Shown here piece after piece: positions 1 to 9,603 of a stretch of 64,000 nucleotides of DNA. Source of the DNA: a virus (taxonomy: Duplodnaviria; Caudoviricetes). Location: positions 42,088 to 106,087 of the IMG/VR virus record IMGVR_UViG_3300028797_000128. One strand, 5' to 3'. Positions within the stretch are counted from its first letter, which is position 1. The number at the start of each line of letters is the position of its first letter. The position numbers and the translations under genes were made by a program. The notes beneath the pieces were generated by a model that did not search any database, was not told where the DNA came from, and saw nothing but the letters and a program-made list of their open reading frames with translations.

Positions 1-999
1 TTAAAGAACCTGATAAGTGTGCATTGCAGAATACGCTAAAAGATTTGGATAGTGCATACAAAGGATTCTTTAAGTCGGGCAAAGGCTTTCCCAAGTTTAA
101 ATCAAAGAAAACACATAGATATTCATATAGAACTTCTTATACAAATAACAATATACAATTCTTAGGTAACTCAATCAAACTACCTAAACTTGGTAAGGTT
201 AAAATCAGAGATAAGCAGATTCCACAGGGTAGGATTCTTAATGCTACAATATCTCAAACACCTTCTGGTAAATACTATTGTTCATTATGTTGTACAGATG
301 TAACAGTAGAACCTTTTGAAAAGACTGGAAGTGTAGTTGGTATTGACTTAGGTATTAAAGAATTTGCAATAACGTCTGATAATGAACACATTGAAAATCC
401 TAAATATTTAGCAAAATCTTTAAAGAAACTCGCTCGGTTACAACGTCAACTTTCTCGAAAAACAAGAGGTAGTAATCGTTGGAATAAGGCAAGAATAAAG
501 GTTGCTAAGTGTCAGGAACAAATTGCAAATCAAAGAACAGACTTCTTACACAAACTATCTACAAGACTTGTAAAGGAATATGATGTTATTAGTCTTGAAG
601 ATTTAAATGTAAGCGGTATGCTTAAAAATCATAAACTTGCAAGAAGTGTTTCTGATGTGTCGTGGTCGCAGTTTACTACTATGTTGCAATACAAAGCTAA
701 TTGGTACGGCAAGGATATTATCAAAATAGATAGATTCTTTGCGAGTAGCCAGTTATGCAATGTGTGTGGCTATAAGAACACTGAGACTAAGGATTTAAGT
801 GTTAGGTCGTGGGTGTGTCCTAACTGTGGCACTTCACATGACAGAGATGTTAATGCTTCAATAAATATATTGAACGAAGGACTAAGGCAAATAGTCTAAC
901 ATATGTAAAGCGGTAGGAACTATCGTGTTAGCTCGTGGAGAAAGTAGGTTACGAAATCTATGAAGCGAGAACCCTACGACTTTAGTCGTGGGAGGTTCA
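1..999 (+). mobile_element. Right part of a TnpB-encoding IS, ending in a subterminal hairpin plus TTCA
   Basis: tnpB followed by gaaccctacgac-ttta-gtcgtgggaggTTCA (969-999), a typical IS200/IS605-type right end. Confidence 0.85.
24..899 (+). CDS. tnpB: TnpB RNA-guided endonuclease (IS200/IS605/IS607 family), 5'-truncated by the window edge
   Basis: GFPKFK, RuvC-I GIDLG, RuvC-II LEDL, Zn finger CNVC...CPNC, Ruv[12 protein letters not shown]; all three acidic catalytic positions present. Confidence 0.95.
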   Translation: MQNTLKDLDSAYKGFFKSGKGFPKFKSKKTHRYSYRTSYTNNNIQFLGNSIKLPKLGKVKIRDKQIPQGRILNATISQTPSGKYYCSLCCTDVTVEPFEKTGSVVGIDLGIKEFAITSDNEHIENPKYLAKSLKKLARLQRQLSRKTRGSNRWNKARIKVAKCQEQIANQRTDFLHKLSTRLVKEYDVISLEDLNVSGMLKNHKLARSVSDVSWSQFTTMLQYKANWYGKDIIKIDRFFASSQLCNVCGYKNTETKDLSVRSWVCPNCGTSHDRDVNASINILNEGLRQIV

Positions 1000-1016
1000 G
1001 GATAGCGAGGTGACGA
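860..1016 (+). ncRNA. Predicted TnpB omega/reRNA: scaffold up to 999, guide from about 1000
   Basis: TnpB RNAs span the tnpB 3' end to the IS right end, with the guide in the flank; boundaries approximate. Confidence 0.6.
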
Positions 1017-1018
1017 AA

Positions 1019-1201
1019 ATGAGATTAATATTGAGTTTAGTTCTGACAATTTGTGGCGCATATTTTATTTTCAGTTATGGAGAGTCAATGAATAGCCTAA
1101 GTTATCTCGACCAAAATCACAAACCTGTGTGGAAGGTGGCAGTCGCTTGTTTTGATTTATTAGTGGCTGGCATAAACCTTGCCAAATTTTTACAGAAATG
1201 A
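1019..1201 (+). CDS. Small membrane protein
   Basis: GAGGTG SD before ATG 1019; two hydrophobic stretches. Confidence 0.6.
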   Translation: MRLILSLVLTICGAYFIFSYGESMNSLSYLDQNHKPVWKVAVACFDLLVAGINLAKFLQK

Positions 1202-1383
1202 CTTTGCCTGTAATAAAAACCGTGTTGGCAACAGGCGACCAATACGGATCTGGATTGAAGAAGATGATGGCTTGGCTGAAGATATGTGACTTAGGCAATG
1301 TGTCAGACGCACAGGCTCAGATGTATTTAGATTATTTGAATGGAGATGATAACAATGTGTTCAGAGACAACAAGAAAGATTAA
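1198..1383 (+). CDS. Hypothetical protein
   Basis: ATGA overlap with the upstream ORF; tightly packed genes. Confidence 0.55.
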   Translation: MTLPVIKTVLATGDQYGSGLKKMMAWLKICDLGNVSDAQAQMYLDYLNGDDNNVFRDNKKD

Positions 1384-1528
1384 AGAGTTTTCTACCGATG
1401 TGAAACAAACCGACGCACTTCTTGCTTTACTCGATTATTATGATAGACCCGCCCTTATCAATATATCAGAGCAAGAGGGACTTGAATTTCTCGCAAAGTT
1501 AGAAAGTGGTGAAATTGTAATTGGGTGA
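1340..1528 (+). CDS. Hypothetical protein
   Basis: ORF track; true start may be a downstream Met; weakly resembles the preceding ORF. Confidence 0.5.
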   Translation: MEMITMCSETTRKIKEFSTDVKQTDALLALLDYYDRPALINISEQEGLEFLAKLESGEIVIG

Positions 1529-2084
1529 TATATTTCGAGGCTTCTTGCATTGTTTACTTGTTGATGTAGCTGTTGCTCTTGCATTCACCGCATTGTATGC
1601 CTATATGGATGAAAAGGCTTTTGAGATATTATACAGTGGGCGCAGAAGATTTGACGGGGAGTATAATACAGAACGACTATTATCAGCATTGGTATTCGGT
1701 CTTATTCCATTTATAGGCTTTGGAAGTTTGTGTTACTGCCTTTATACACTATCAGATAGGGTTGAGGGGCACGTGTGGAGTATTAGATTGATAAGTAGAA
1801 AGAGACAAAGCGTTCTAATCGTGCAAGAACCGTGTGATTTTAGTGCAGAATTGGCGTTGTTTATTTTACAAGGTCAAATTATATTCAGAAAACTAAGGCG
1901 CAGAATTGCCACGAGAATTACACGAATTTTTCATAAGGAGGATAAAGATGGTTCATATCATAAGCGAGTGGTATTACGAGATGGACGAATTTCAGTATGT
2001 TCTGATACGGAAATATATGAAAAGAAAAGGCATTTTCGGGCAAACTGGAAAGTATTCGGACGAAATGGTAGAGAAGAAAGATGA
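1521..2084 (+). CDS. Hypothetical membrane protein
   Basis: Two hydrophobic segments; 3' end overlaps the next gene. Confidence 0.45.
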   Translation: MGDIFRGFLHCLLVDVAVALAFTALYAYMDEKAFEILYSGRRRFDGEYNTERLLSALVFGLIPFIGFGSLCYCLYTLSDRVEGHVWSIRLISRKRQSVLIVQEPCDFSAELALFILQGQIIFRKLRRRIATRITRIFHKEDKDGSYHKRVVLRDGRISVCSDTEIYEKKRHFRANWKVFGRNGREER

Positions 2085-2244
2085 AGTGGGATATTATCAT
2101 ACTTTAGAGTCGATGATGAAGGGACTTGCAAGAATCATGGTCAAGGAGAAATACGACCGTGGAGAGATCAAGACTATCAGAGATCACATTCAGGCATTAC
2201 AGGATTTACAAGAAGAACTGCGTGATTTATTGAGGAGTGAATAA
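1948..2244 (+). CDS. Hypothetical protein
   Basis: AAGGAGG SD before ATG 1948. Confidence 0.7.
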   Translation: MVHIISEWYYEMDEFQYVLIRKYMKRKGIFGQTGKYSDEMVEKKDEVGYYHTLESMMKGLARIMVKEKYDRGEIKTIRDHIQALQDLQEELRDLLRSE

Positions 2245-2245
2245 A

Positions 2246-2377
2246 ATGATATTAAGAAGTAAATATACTATGATAGTTTGTGCGGATGATTTTGATTATA
2301 AATGGTGTTCTCGCAAAGGCGTATTTTGCCACAAAGATTCATTTGGGTTTGAATGTGGTAGCTGTCATAGGAGATAG
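2246..2377 (+). CDS. Small Cys-rich protein (43 aa, not in the ORF track)
   Basis: GAGGAG SD; MILRSKYT...CHKDSFGFECGSCHRR fills the gap between its neighbours. Confidence 0.5.
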   Translation: MILRSKYTMIVCADDFDYKWCSRKGVFCHKDSFGFECGSCHRR

Positions 2378-2380
2378 TAT

Positions 2381-2959
2381 ATGCCTGTAGGAGTGTACCA
2401 GATAAAGAATGTGGTTAATGGCAAGAGATATGTTGGTGAGTCATTAGATGTTGTCAAACGCTGGGGCGAGCACCGCAGAGATTTAGCAAAGGGCAATCAC
2501 CATTGCAAGCGTCTACAAACTGATTACAAACATTATCCCGATGCTGTGTTCAGGTATAGGATAAGAGAAAGGTTTTGGTTTACGAAACATTTTGTTAATC
2601 ACAACAAGCTTATTCTCACTCTACTACTTCGAGAAGGTTATCACATGGATAAGACTAACTCACTTCTTGCATACAATACCGACGATACTATCGGTGCTTT
2701 GAAGATGTTTGCCGATACCGGGAATAATAAGCGATTTGCAAAATATAAACGATATCGCAGATGGATTAATCGCCACATTGGTTATGCAATTCACTGGCGA
2801 CCACATATCTTAGTGGCAAGTTTATATAATTACGCAGTCCGTTTCTTCCTTTACACATTGGTGGGGGTGATAATATGGGTACTCTTATCTTTTACATCAT
2901 TCTCTTTGGAGGCGGTTACAAACTTTATAAATGGTTTCAGATTCGCAAACGGGGCATAA
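2381..2959 (+). CDS. GIY-YIG nuclease domain with a C-terminal hydrophobic segment
   Basis: GVYQI...RYVGES...RW..H; C-terminal FFLYTLVGVIIWVLLSF. Confidence 0.75.
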   Translation: MPVGVYQIKNVVNGKRYVGESLDVVKRWGEHRRDLAKGNHHCKRLQTDYKHYPDAVFRYRIRERFWFTKHFVNHNKLILTLLLREGYHMDKTNSLLAYNTDDTIGALKMFADTGNNKRFAKYKRYRRWINRHIGYAIHWRPHILVASLYNYAVRFFLYTLVGVIIWVLLSFTSFSLEAVTNFINGFRFANGA

Positions 2960-3339
2960 ATATTGTCAGGCTCGATCAGGAATTGCAAAGTCTTAACGAG
3001 CAGCGTAATCGCTTAATGGCATTGCACTCTATGATAACGGATGTAGATTTGTGTAGCCACAAAGCTCACACCTATAAGATATTTAACATCTCATGGATAG
3101 ATGATGTTACAGGCGAAAGACAAGAGTACGATTTGTTTATTGCCGATAATAAAAATGCAAACGCTAAAGCCTTGCGGACTTTGGCAACAATTGAGATAGC
3201 TGAAATCAAACCTTCTCTCAATGATGATATTGAGAGATTCAAATTGAGAAGTCATATGATGACTAAAGAGCAGAAGCAAGTCTCTAATGAGATTGAAAGA
3301 GAAGTTGAAACTATGGGAGAGACAAGTGTTCATTTCTGA
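2875..3339 (+). CDS. Hypothetical protein with N-terminal TM helix and coiled coil
   Basis: GGGGTGA SD; MGTLIFYIILFGGGY. Confidence 0.6.
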   Translation: MGTLIFYIILFGGGYKLYKWFQIRKRGINIVRLDQELQSLNEQRNRLMALHSMITDVDLCSHKAHTYKIFNISWIDDVTGERQEYDLFIADNKNANAKALRTLATIEIAEIKPSLNDDIERFKLRSHMMTKEQKQVSNEIEREVETMGETSVHF

Positions 3340-3433
3340 CCTCTCCCCTGCCGGGTTTAGGGTAGCGATTGTGCCTTTGCGGTAGATTAATCTATAAATT
3401 TTTAACCGCTATTGACGAAAGGGGAGATAAAAA

Positions 3434-3742
3434 ATGCAATGTAAGGATATTAAATATTGTGAGATGTGTGGAAAGAAAATAAGTGATATCAACGATCCTA
3501 ATACGGACTGGATGTCTCATATAAGAATTAAATATTGTCCTGAGTGTGCTGCTTATAGGAGAAAGATGAATAAACGGAATTGGGCTTCTAAAAATACCGA
3601 TGCTCATAAGACGGTTGAAGCGTTTCTCGGAGAGTATTCTGCTCTGATGAGAGAGCAGATATCGGAACTGAAAGAACAGGTTGAGTTGGTTAAGTCTGAG
3701 AATGATTTGCTTAGAAAACAGATAATTAGTCTTAGAGAGTAA
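3434..3742 (+). CDS. Zn-finger plus coiled-coil protein
   Basis: CEMC...CPEC; C-terminal heptads. Confidence 0.7.
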   Translation: MQCKDIKYCEMCGKKISDINDPNTDWMSHIRIKYCPECAAYRRKMNKRNWASKNTDAHKTVEAFLGEYSALMREQISELKEQVELVKSENDLLRKQIISLRE

Positions 3743-3808
3743 AAATGTGTAAAATATTTGCTATATTTTTGTGTGAGCAAGATAATAAATGAGTGATACA
3801 AGGGGGGA

Positions 3809-6667
3809 ATGGATAATTTGGAAACAAATTCTGTATACATACTTTCATGTGAGGCAAAAGACCTTTATGCAGCCAAGAGATTGGTTAATCCCGTAATAGA
3901 TGATAAAGGTGTGGTTCTCGGACATACCAACACTAATCTGAAGCGTTGGAAGAATACACTTGACTTCAGCCTTGATCTTATGAAACTTCGTGAAGTTGCC
4001 TATCAGCATTATCATAATCGTAGCTCATTCTTCTTTGATAAGGAGTTGGGCAAGGAATTTACTCAGCGTGTTATCAATGTAGACTTTGACTTAGCCTATA
4101 AAGAGTGGAATCGTCATGGTGACATATATGTGCGTGATGGCTACGGCATGGCAGACATTAAAGAGATTGGCAAGTATGGTGACAGGACATTCTATAAGGA
4201 CGGAATCTGTATTGGTGTAAAAGTTGGCGATGTTACAGAAGATGAAGTCGTGGTGTGGGACGGTGTGCCAAAGTATTTCGTGTATGATGAAGCTAATCGC
4301 AAAATCAAACTTGGCAAGAGTATACCGACGCTTATGAGTCGTGGAGAGCTTCGCTTTGACCTTTATGAGAATGGATTTATCTGTAATGGCATAAAGTATG
4401 TGCGTTACAAGAGATCGTCAGGCAGTAGTCGTGTTGGTAAGTGTCTTTTTATAGACGAGAATCTTTATCCCGCAATGCACAAATGGGAGTTGTGTGGCTT
4501 AAAGATTAAAGAGGGAGACAAGATTGACCTTGCCGCATTTGAAGCCTACATCTCATTACCTTCCAGTAGTTGTATTGATACTCTTGAGATACGCCCCGAA
4601 AACATACTTGTTATTGATGACTATGAGTCAGAGTTTGAAGATGATGTCGTAGCGGTCTATGGCGAGGGTGAGGATTTTGTTGCCAAAGAGGAACGAGCCA
4701 AGATAAAGAATAGCATTTGGGATGGGCAAAGTCTCTTAGATGTAAGTATGTATGGTGAGCATTACGCAGATAGAACAATGCTCCTTCTTCGTAACCGTTT
4801 CTTCAAGAGTGCATCATTCAAGACAAGAATACAGGACTGGTTTAGAGATAATGGCATTACAGAAGTATCTCAGCTTAAAGGTTATACCAGAGCAACCCGC
4901 ATAGAGGATATCAAACTTATTACTACTCCATCAAGTATAAAGTATGTGAAGTTTGGCACTATTGAGCAATGGCTTGACAATCTCTATCCGACTTTTGGAA
5001 TAGTAAAGTATGAGAAGCCTACTAAATATTTGGATGGCAGAATGGTTCAATGCCATTATCAATTACTCAACTCTCTGCAACTTACTCGTGATGATATACA
5101 AGCATTACTACAGCCTAATTTTGATTATCTCAATCTCATCCGCAAGGACGCTGCGGTAATGCGCTATCATCTCAAATACCCTTATGCTTTAGCCGATAAT
5201 GATGAACCTTGTTTGACCCGTGATGAGATTATCATGAAGGTAATTGGAATGAATAGCAAGTTTGTAGAAACAAAGTTGTATGACAACTTCCGCAAGGAAC
5301 TTGTAAAGTCTATGCTAAAAGAATATCGCAAGGGGCATATATGGATTAGTGGCAACTATGAAACCCTGATTGGCAACGGCATTGAAATGTTGCAAGCTAC
5401 TATTGGCGCGTTTAAAGGCGAGAGTGTTTTAGGTGTTGGACATATTCATACAAAGAGATTTGAGTATGGTAAGACTTTGCTTGGTACAAGATCCCCGCAT
5501 ATAAATTCAGGTGATGTTCTACTTACAACCAATGTGGCAAATGAGCTTTATGACAGATATCTGGTTTCAAGCAATGAAGTTGTTCATATTAATAGCATAA
5601 ATGAAAATATATTGCAGAGACTTCAAGGTGCTGACATGGATTCCGATTGTATACTGCTTACTGATAATGAAGTTCTTATAAATGCCGCTAAGAAAAATTA
5701 TGATAAGTTTAGAGTCCCCACAAGTTTCATTGAGGCTAAGAAGATTCAGTGGACTTATGACGCAAAATCAAAGGCACAGCTTGATATAAATACAAGTGTT
5801 AATTTGATAGGTCAGATTGTTAATCAATCGCAATACCTCAATTCAATAATGTGGGAACGCATTTATAATGAAGTAAAACAAGGTATTTCAAACGAAGATG
5901 CAATCAGGCATCAACATGAATTATATGATGATATTTGTATACTCAGTGCTGCCAGTGGATCTGAGATCGACCGAGCCAAGAAGATGTTTGATGTTGATAC
6001 GTCAAAAATGCTCACAACATTAAAAGAAAAGTACGGCATTTATACTGAGGTTAATGGTAAAGAGAAATTTACAAAACCGCTTTTCTTTCGCAACATCACT
6101 CTCGGAAACGGATATACACTTAATCCTAATCAGTATTATAGGCAGTTTGAAACATCTATGGATTATCTACAAAAGGCAATTGATAAATTCAGAGCCGATA
6201 AGATTGAAGCAAAAAATCTGCCGTTCTGTGAGATTATCAAACCTATGGACGTAGATTGGCGCAAGGCAAACTCTCGCCTGTACAACAAGGTTTATGAGAT
6301 TATAAACAAAATTAAGGCTATGCGTGAAAGCATACAGAGTGCATATATTGGGTATACGGATAAAACCAAAGATGAGAAAAAACTCATAACCAAAGAAGTC
6401 GCAGAAATCAGAAGTCACTGTGTAGACTATGTTGCAAACATTCATTTAAACGATGTTGAGATGTATTTGCTTTTAAGGGAAATAGATAAGGATAAAAATG
6501 CAGGATATGCAAGAACAATTTTCGACACATTGTTTGCAACAGGCAATGCCGACCTGTATGAAATGATAAGAAGTAGTTCTGACGAGCAGTATAAACTCTC
6601 AAAAAAGAGTAATGAAAATTGCGTAAGACTATTCAATTATGACTATTTTAAGCAAAAAATCGGCTAA
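3809..6667 (+). CDS. YonO-like single-subunit (RdRP-fold) phage RNA polymerase
   Basis: YKRSSGSSRVGKC, DGQSL, RSPH and LQGADMDSD (DxDxD metal-binding motif); position upstream of the late/structural genes as in SPbeta. Confidence 0.85.
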   Translation: MDNLETNSVYILSCEAKDLYAAKRLVNPVIDDKGVVLGHTNTNLKRWKNTLDFSLDLMKLREVAYQHYHNRSSFFFDKELGKEFTQRVINVDFDLAYKEWNRHGDIYVRDGYGMADIKEIGKYGDRTFYKDGICIGVKVGDVTEDEVVVWDGVPKYFVYDEANRKIKLGKSIPTLMSRGELRFDLYENGFICNGIKYVRYKRSSGSSRVGKCLFIDENLYPAMHKWELCGLKIKEGDKIDLAAFEAYISLPSSSCIDTLEIRPENILVIDDYESEFEDDVVAVYGEGEDFVAKEERAKIKNSIWDGQSLLDVSMYGEHYADRTMLLLRNRFFKSASFKTRIQDWFRDNGITEVSQLKGYTRATRIEDIKLITTPSSIKYVKFGTIEQWLDNLYPTFGIVKYEKPTKYLDGRMVQCHYQLLNSLQLTRDDIQALLQPNFDYLNLIRKDAAVMRYHLKYPYALADNDEPCLTRDEIIMKVIGMNSKFVETKLYDNFRKELVKSMLKEYRKGHIWISGNYETLIGNGIEMLQATIGAFKGESVLGVGHIHTKRFEYGKTLLGTRSPHINSGDVLLTTNVANELYDRYLVSSNEVVHINSINENILQRLQGADMDSDCILLTDNEVLINAAKKNYDKFRVPTSFIEAKKIQWTYDAKSKAQLDINTSVNLIGQIVNQSQYLNSIMWERIYNEVKQGISNEDAIRHQHELYDDICILSAASGSEIDRAKKMFDVDTSKMLTTLKEKYGIYTEVNGKEKFTKPLFFRNITLGNGYTLNPNQYYRQFETSMDYLQKAIDKFRADKIEAKNLPFCEIIKPMDVDWRKANSRLYNKVYEIINKIKAMRESIQSAYIGYTDKTKDEKKLITKEVAEIRSHCVDYVANIHLNDVEMYLLLREIDKDKNAGYARTIFDTLFATGNADLYEMIRSSSDEQYKLSKKSNENCVRLFNYDYFKQKIG

Positions 6668-6699
6668 ATTTGCACGATAGTAAAATAATTAACATGAGG

Positions 6700-6732
6700 A
6701 AAACGGCTATATTACGCCGTTTTTTCTCTTTT
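6700..6732 (+). terminator. Intrinsic terminator after the RNA polymerase gene
   Basis: aaaacggc-tatattac-gccgtttt followed by a T tract. Confidence 0.7.
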
Positions 6733-6806
6733 GGATAGTGGGGAATATGGATATATGAATATTTGTTCATGTATTCAAATAATAAAACACGAAAGATGTG
6801 AAATTA

Positions 6807-6995
6807 ATGATTGAAATTTCAAAAGCTGAAGCACAGTATCTCAGAAATCACGGAATCCATGAGGGTATAACAAGAACGATGAGACAGAAGTCCAAGCGCA
6901 AGCATGTATTGGTTGCTGAGGAACGTTATATTCTTGAGTTGCTTAATGAATATCGCAAGTCTCAGAATGTCGTACTCACATACGGCACAGTCTAA
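6807..6995 (+). CDS. Hypothetical small basic protein
   Basis: ORF track; first gene after the terminator. Confidence 0.65.
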   Translation: MIEISKAEAQYLRNHGIHEGITRTMRQKSKRKHVLVAEERYILELLNEYRKSQNVVLTYGTV

Positions 6996-7050
6996 ATCCA
7001 CTACGGTGGCAGTCGGATGGCTGATCTTAATTTAAGTGAGGAATTGTTTT

Positions 7051-7812
7051 ATGGCTAAGAAGAAACCAGAAACAAAAGTTGATGAAGTAATAGAGAAGGA
7101 AATCCCAGAAGGATATGTAGAAATCACGCCAGAACAGCTTATGGAATTGCAGGGCGGTGGAATCCAAACTGTAATGAATATCGGTCTTGGTGAAAAACTC
7201 GTTCTTGAAGATATGCAGGATCGCATTATGTATCTTGATGGCGAAGTAAATTCAGATGTACTTCATACAATTATTATGCAGATATATAAATTAAACGGAG
7301 TAGATATTGGTCTTGAACCAGAAGATATGCAGCCTATTATACTCATTATTAATTCTGGCGGTGGTTCTGTTATGGACGGACTTGCTTTATGTGATGCTAT
7401 TAATGCGAGTCGTGTACCTGTAATTGCAATCTGCATTGGTTACGCATATAGTATGGCATTCAACATTTTTACTCAGTGCGACTTGAGACTTGCTACTAAG
7501 AACGCCTCATTCCTTTACCATGATGGCTGGACTTGTGATAGTAATGTTTCAAGCAAAGTTAAGGATGCGGCTAAGTTCTACGACAAGGTTGATGAACGAG
7601 TAAATAAGCTCATTGCCAACAGGACAAAACTTACAGTAGATTATCTTTCGAGTATAGCAAGAGCAGACACATATTGGTTTGCCGATGAAGGCAAAGAAAA
7701 TGGATTTGTTGATGCTATTATAGGCGAGGATATTGATATAGCAGAGATATTTGGCTTTATGGGGGATATACCTTGTGAGTGTGACCACGACAAGTGCGAT
7801 TGCAAGAAGTGA
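7051..7812 (+). CDS. ClpP-like protease
   Basis: INSGGGSV, AYSMA (Ser), LYHD (His), GFVDAI. Confidence 0.9.
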   Translation: MAKKKPETKVDEVIEKEIPEGYVEITPEQLMELQGGGIQTVMNIGLGEKLVLEDMQDRIMYLDGEVNSDVLHTIIMQIYKLNGVDIGLEPEDMQPIILIINSGGGSVMDGLALCDAINASRVPVIAICIGYAYSMAFNIFTQCDLRLATKNASFLYHDGWTCDSNVSSKVKDAAKFYDKVDERVNKLIANRTKLTVDYLSSIARADTYWFADEGKENGFVDAIIGEDIDIAEIFGFMGDIPCECDHDKCDCKK

Positions 7813-7823
7813 GGTGAAGCCTC

Positions 7824-9245
7824 ATGGCAAAGAATAAAAACGCTATGCGAGTTTCGTTCTGTGGGAGTAATGCAACAGAGGTAACGGGAAGTCGCACATT
7901 GTTGACCGTAGCTGACAAACAATATCTTTTTGAGTGTGGATTGCACCAGTCCTCTAAGTCAATATGGGAAGAATATAAAATCAACTCAGCTAAGTTTGAT
8001 TTTAAGGCAAAAGATATTGATGCGGTATTTGTCGGACACGCACATTCAGACCACGTGAATCTATTACCATTGCTTGTAAAACGTGGATTTACTGGTAATA
8101 TCTATATCCCGAAAGACAATTTTGACCTCATGCGTATTCTTATGGAGGATTGTGCTCATATATGTGACAGAGACGCAGAGTTCTTAAATCGCACAGAACA
8201 TTCAGTCGAGCCATTATATACAGAAGAAGATGTGCAAGCTACATTAGATAGAATGGTTGAGTTGCCGTTTGGTGAAAAGATTGTTATTGATGACCATGCA
8301 ACATTACGTTTCACTCATAGTGGGCATATCACAAACTCAGCTCATATAGAGTTATGGGTGACAAACAATAATGTGATGAAGAAAATTTATTACACTTCGG
8401 ATTTAGGAAACACATCTGTTCCCTGTTATTATGTTCATCCTATAGAACCTGTTTCAAATGCAGATTTGGTAATTGCTGAAGCAACATACGCAAATCCTAA
8501 AAGGCAAATTAAGCCAAAAGATAGGCAATGTGATATTGATAAGATTAAAACGGTAGTAGAGCAAACTGTTGAAAAGGGTGGCAAAGTTCTATTCCCTGTT
8601 TTTGCAAATCACAGATGTCAAACTATTCTTACGGTTCTATATGAGATATATGGCAACGATGAGAATTTTAATACTCAAATCTATGTGGACAGTCCGATGG
8701 CGGTTAAGATATGCAAGCTCATGTGTCACATAGTCAACGAGAAGCAAATGCACGTTTGGGAAAAGGTTATGACTTGGAAGAATGTTCATTTTATTAGTGA
8801 ATATGCGGACAGCAAGGCGTTGCAGGAAACAAATGAGTCTTGTATCATACTGGCAAGTAGTGGCATGATGTCGGCGGGCAGATCGGTGTCATGGGCGCAG
8901 AAACTCTTAGGCAGCACCAAGAATCACTTTGTATTCTGCGGTTACAGTGCCGAAGGTAGTCTTGCCGATAAGATTAGAAATAGTATGCAAAAGACTATTA
9001 CGATTGATGGTAAGGTTGTACCTAACAAGGCGTATGTCACAACGCTGAATAGTTTTTCAAGTCACATACAGCATAATCAGATGTTAGAGTATTACTCAGA
9101 TATAGATTGCAACAAGATTGCAATTGTTCATTCCAATTTCAATGATAAGGAAAAGTTTTGCAAAGAATTGCAAGAAGAATATTCAAAGAAATCTAAAAGC
9201 ACAAAGGTGGTTTGTGTTAATAGTGGAACGGTAATCAGCTTATAA
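7824..9245 (+). CDS. Metallo-beta-lactamase/beta-CASP ribonuclease
   Basis: EVTGS, HAHSDH, SGH, TSDLG, EATY, SSGM, FSSH, VHS motifs. Confidence 0.9.
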   Translation: MAKNKNAMRVSFCGSNATEVTGSRTLLTVADKQYLFECGLHQSSKSIWEEYKINSAKFDFKAKDIDAVFVGHAHSDHVNLLPLLVKRGFTGNIYIPKDNFDLMRILMEDCAHICDRDAEFLNRTEHSVEPLYTEEDVQATLDRMVELPFGEKIVIDDHATLRFTHSGHITNSAHIELWVTNNNVMKKIYYTSDLGNTSVPCYYVHPIEPVSNADLVIAEATYANPKRQIKPKDRQCDIDKIKTVVEQTVEKGGKVLFPVFANHRCQTILTVLYEIYGNDENFNTQIYVDSPMAVKICKLMCHIVNEKQMHVWEKVMTWKNVHFISEYADSKALQETNESCIILASSGMMSAGRSVSWAQKLLGSTKNHFVFCGYSAEGSLADKIRNSMQKTITIDGKVVPNKAYVTTLNSFSSHIQHNQMLEYYSDIDCNKIAIVHSNFNDKEKFCKELQEEYSKKSKSTKVVCVNSGTVISL

Positions 9246-9358
9246 GGTAGCCTGTAGGCGTAGAGATTATAGGGTACTTCCCTGCTCACCTTTCTGCAAA
9301 AGCTTGATTATGCAGAAAATCATGCAAATAAAAATCTTGATTTGTGTAAGGAGATAAT

Positions 9359-9547
9359 ATGGCAAAAGCAAATGTAATACGCAAGAACTCTCTTGGTATT
9401 AAGGGTGTTCTGAATGTAGATAAAGACAGCAATAGCGTTGTTATAGAGATTGAGGACGGCGAGGCTTTAGAGTTGGCAAGTCTGCTTGATGATTTTAACG
9501 GCTCGGAAGTCTCGATCTCAGTTGGCGAGTCAATTGACATCGCATAA
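9359..9547 (+). CDS. YonK-like protein
   Basis: 62 aa, KGVL...LLDDFNGSEVSISV pattern; same relative position as in SPbeta. Confidence 0.65.
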   Translation: MAKANVIRKNSLGIKGVLNVDKDSNSVVIEIEDGEALELASLLDDFNGSEVSISVGESIDIA

Positions 9548-9603
9548 ATTCAGTGAAACGTGATTCAGTAAATCACAATTAGAATTTAAGGAGGAAAAAT
9601 CAG

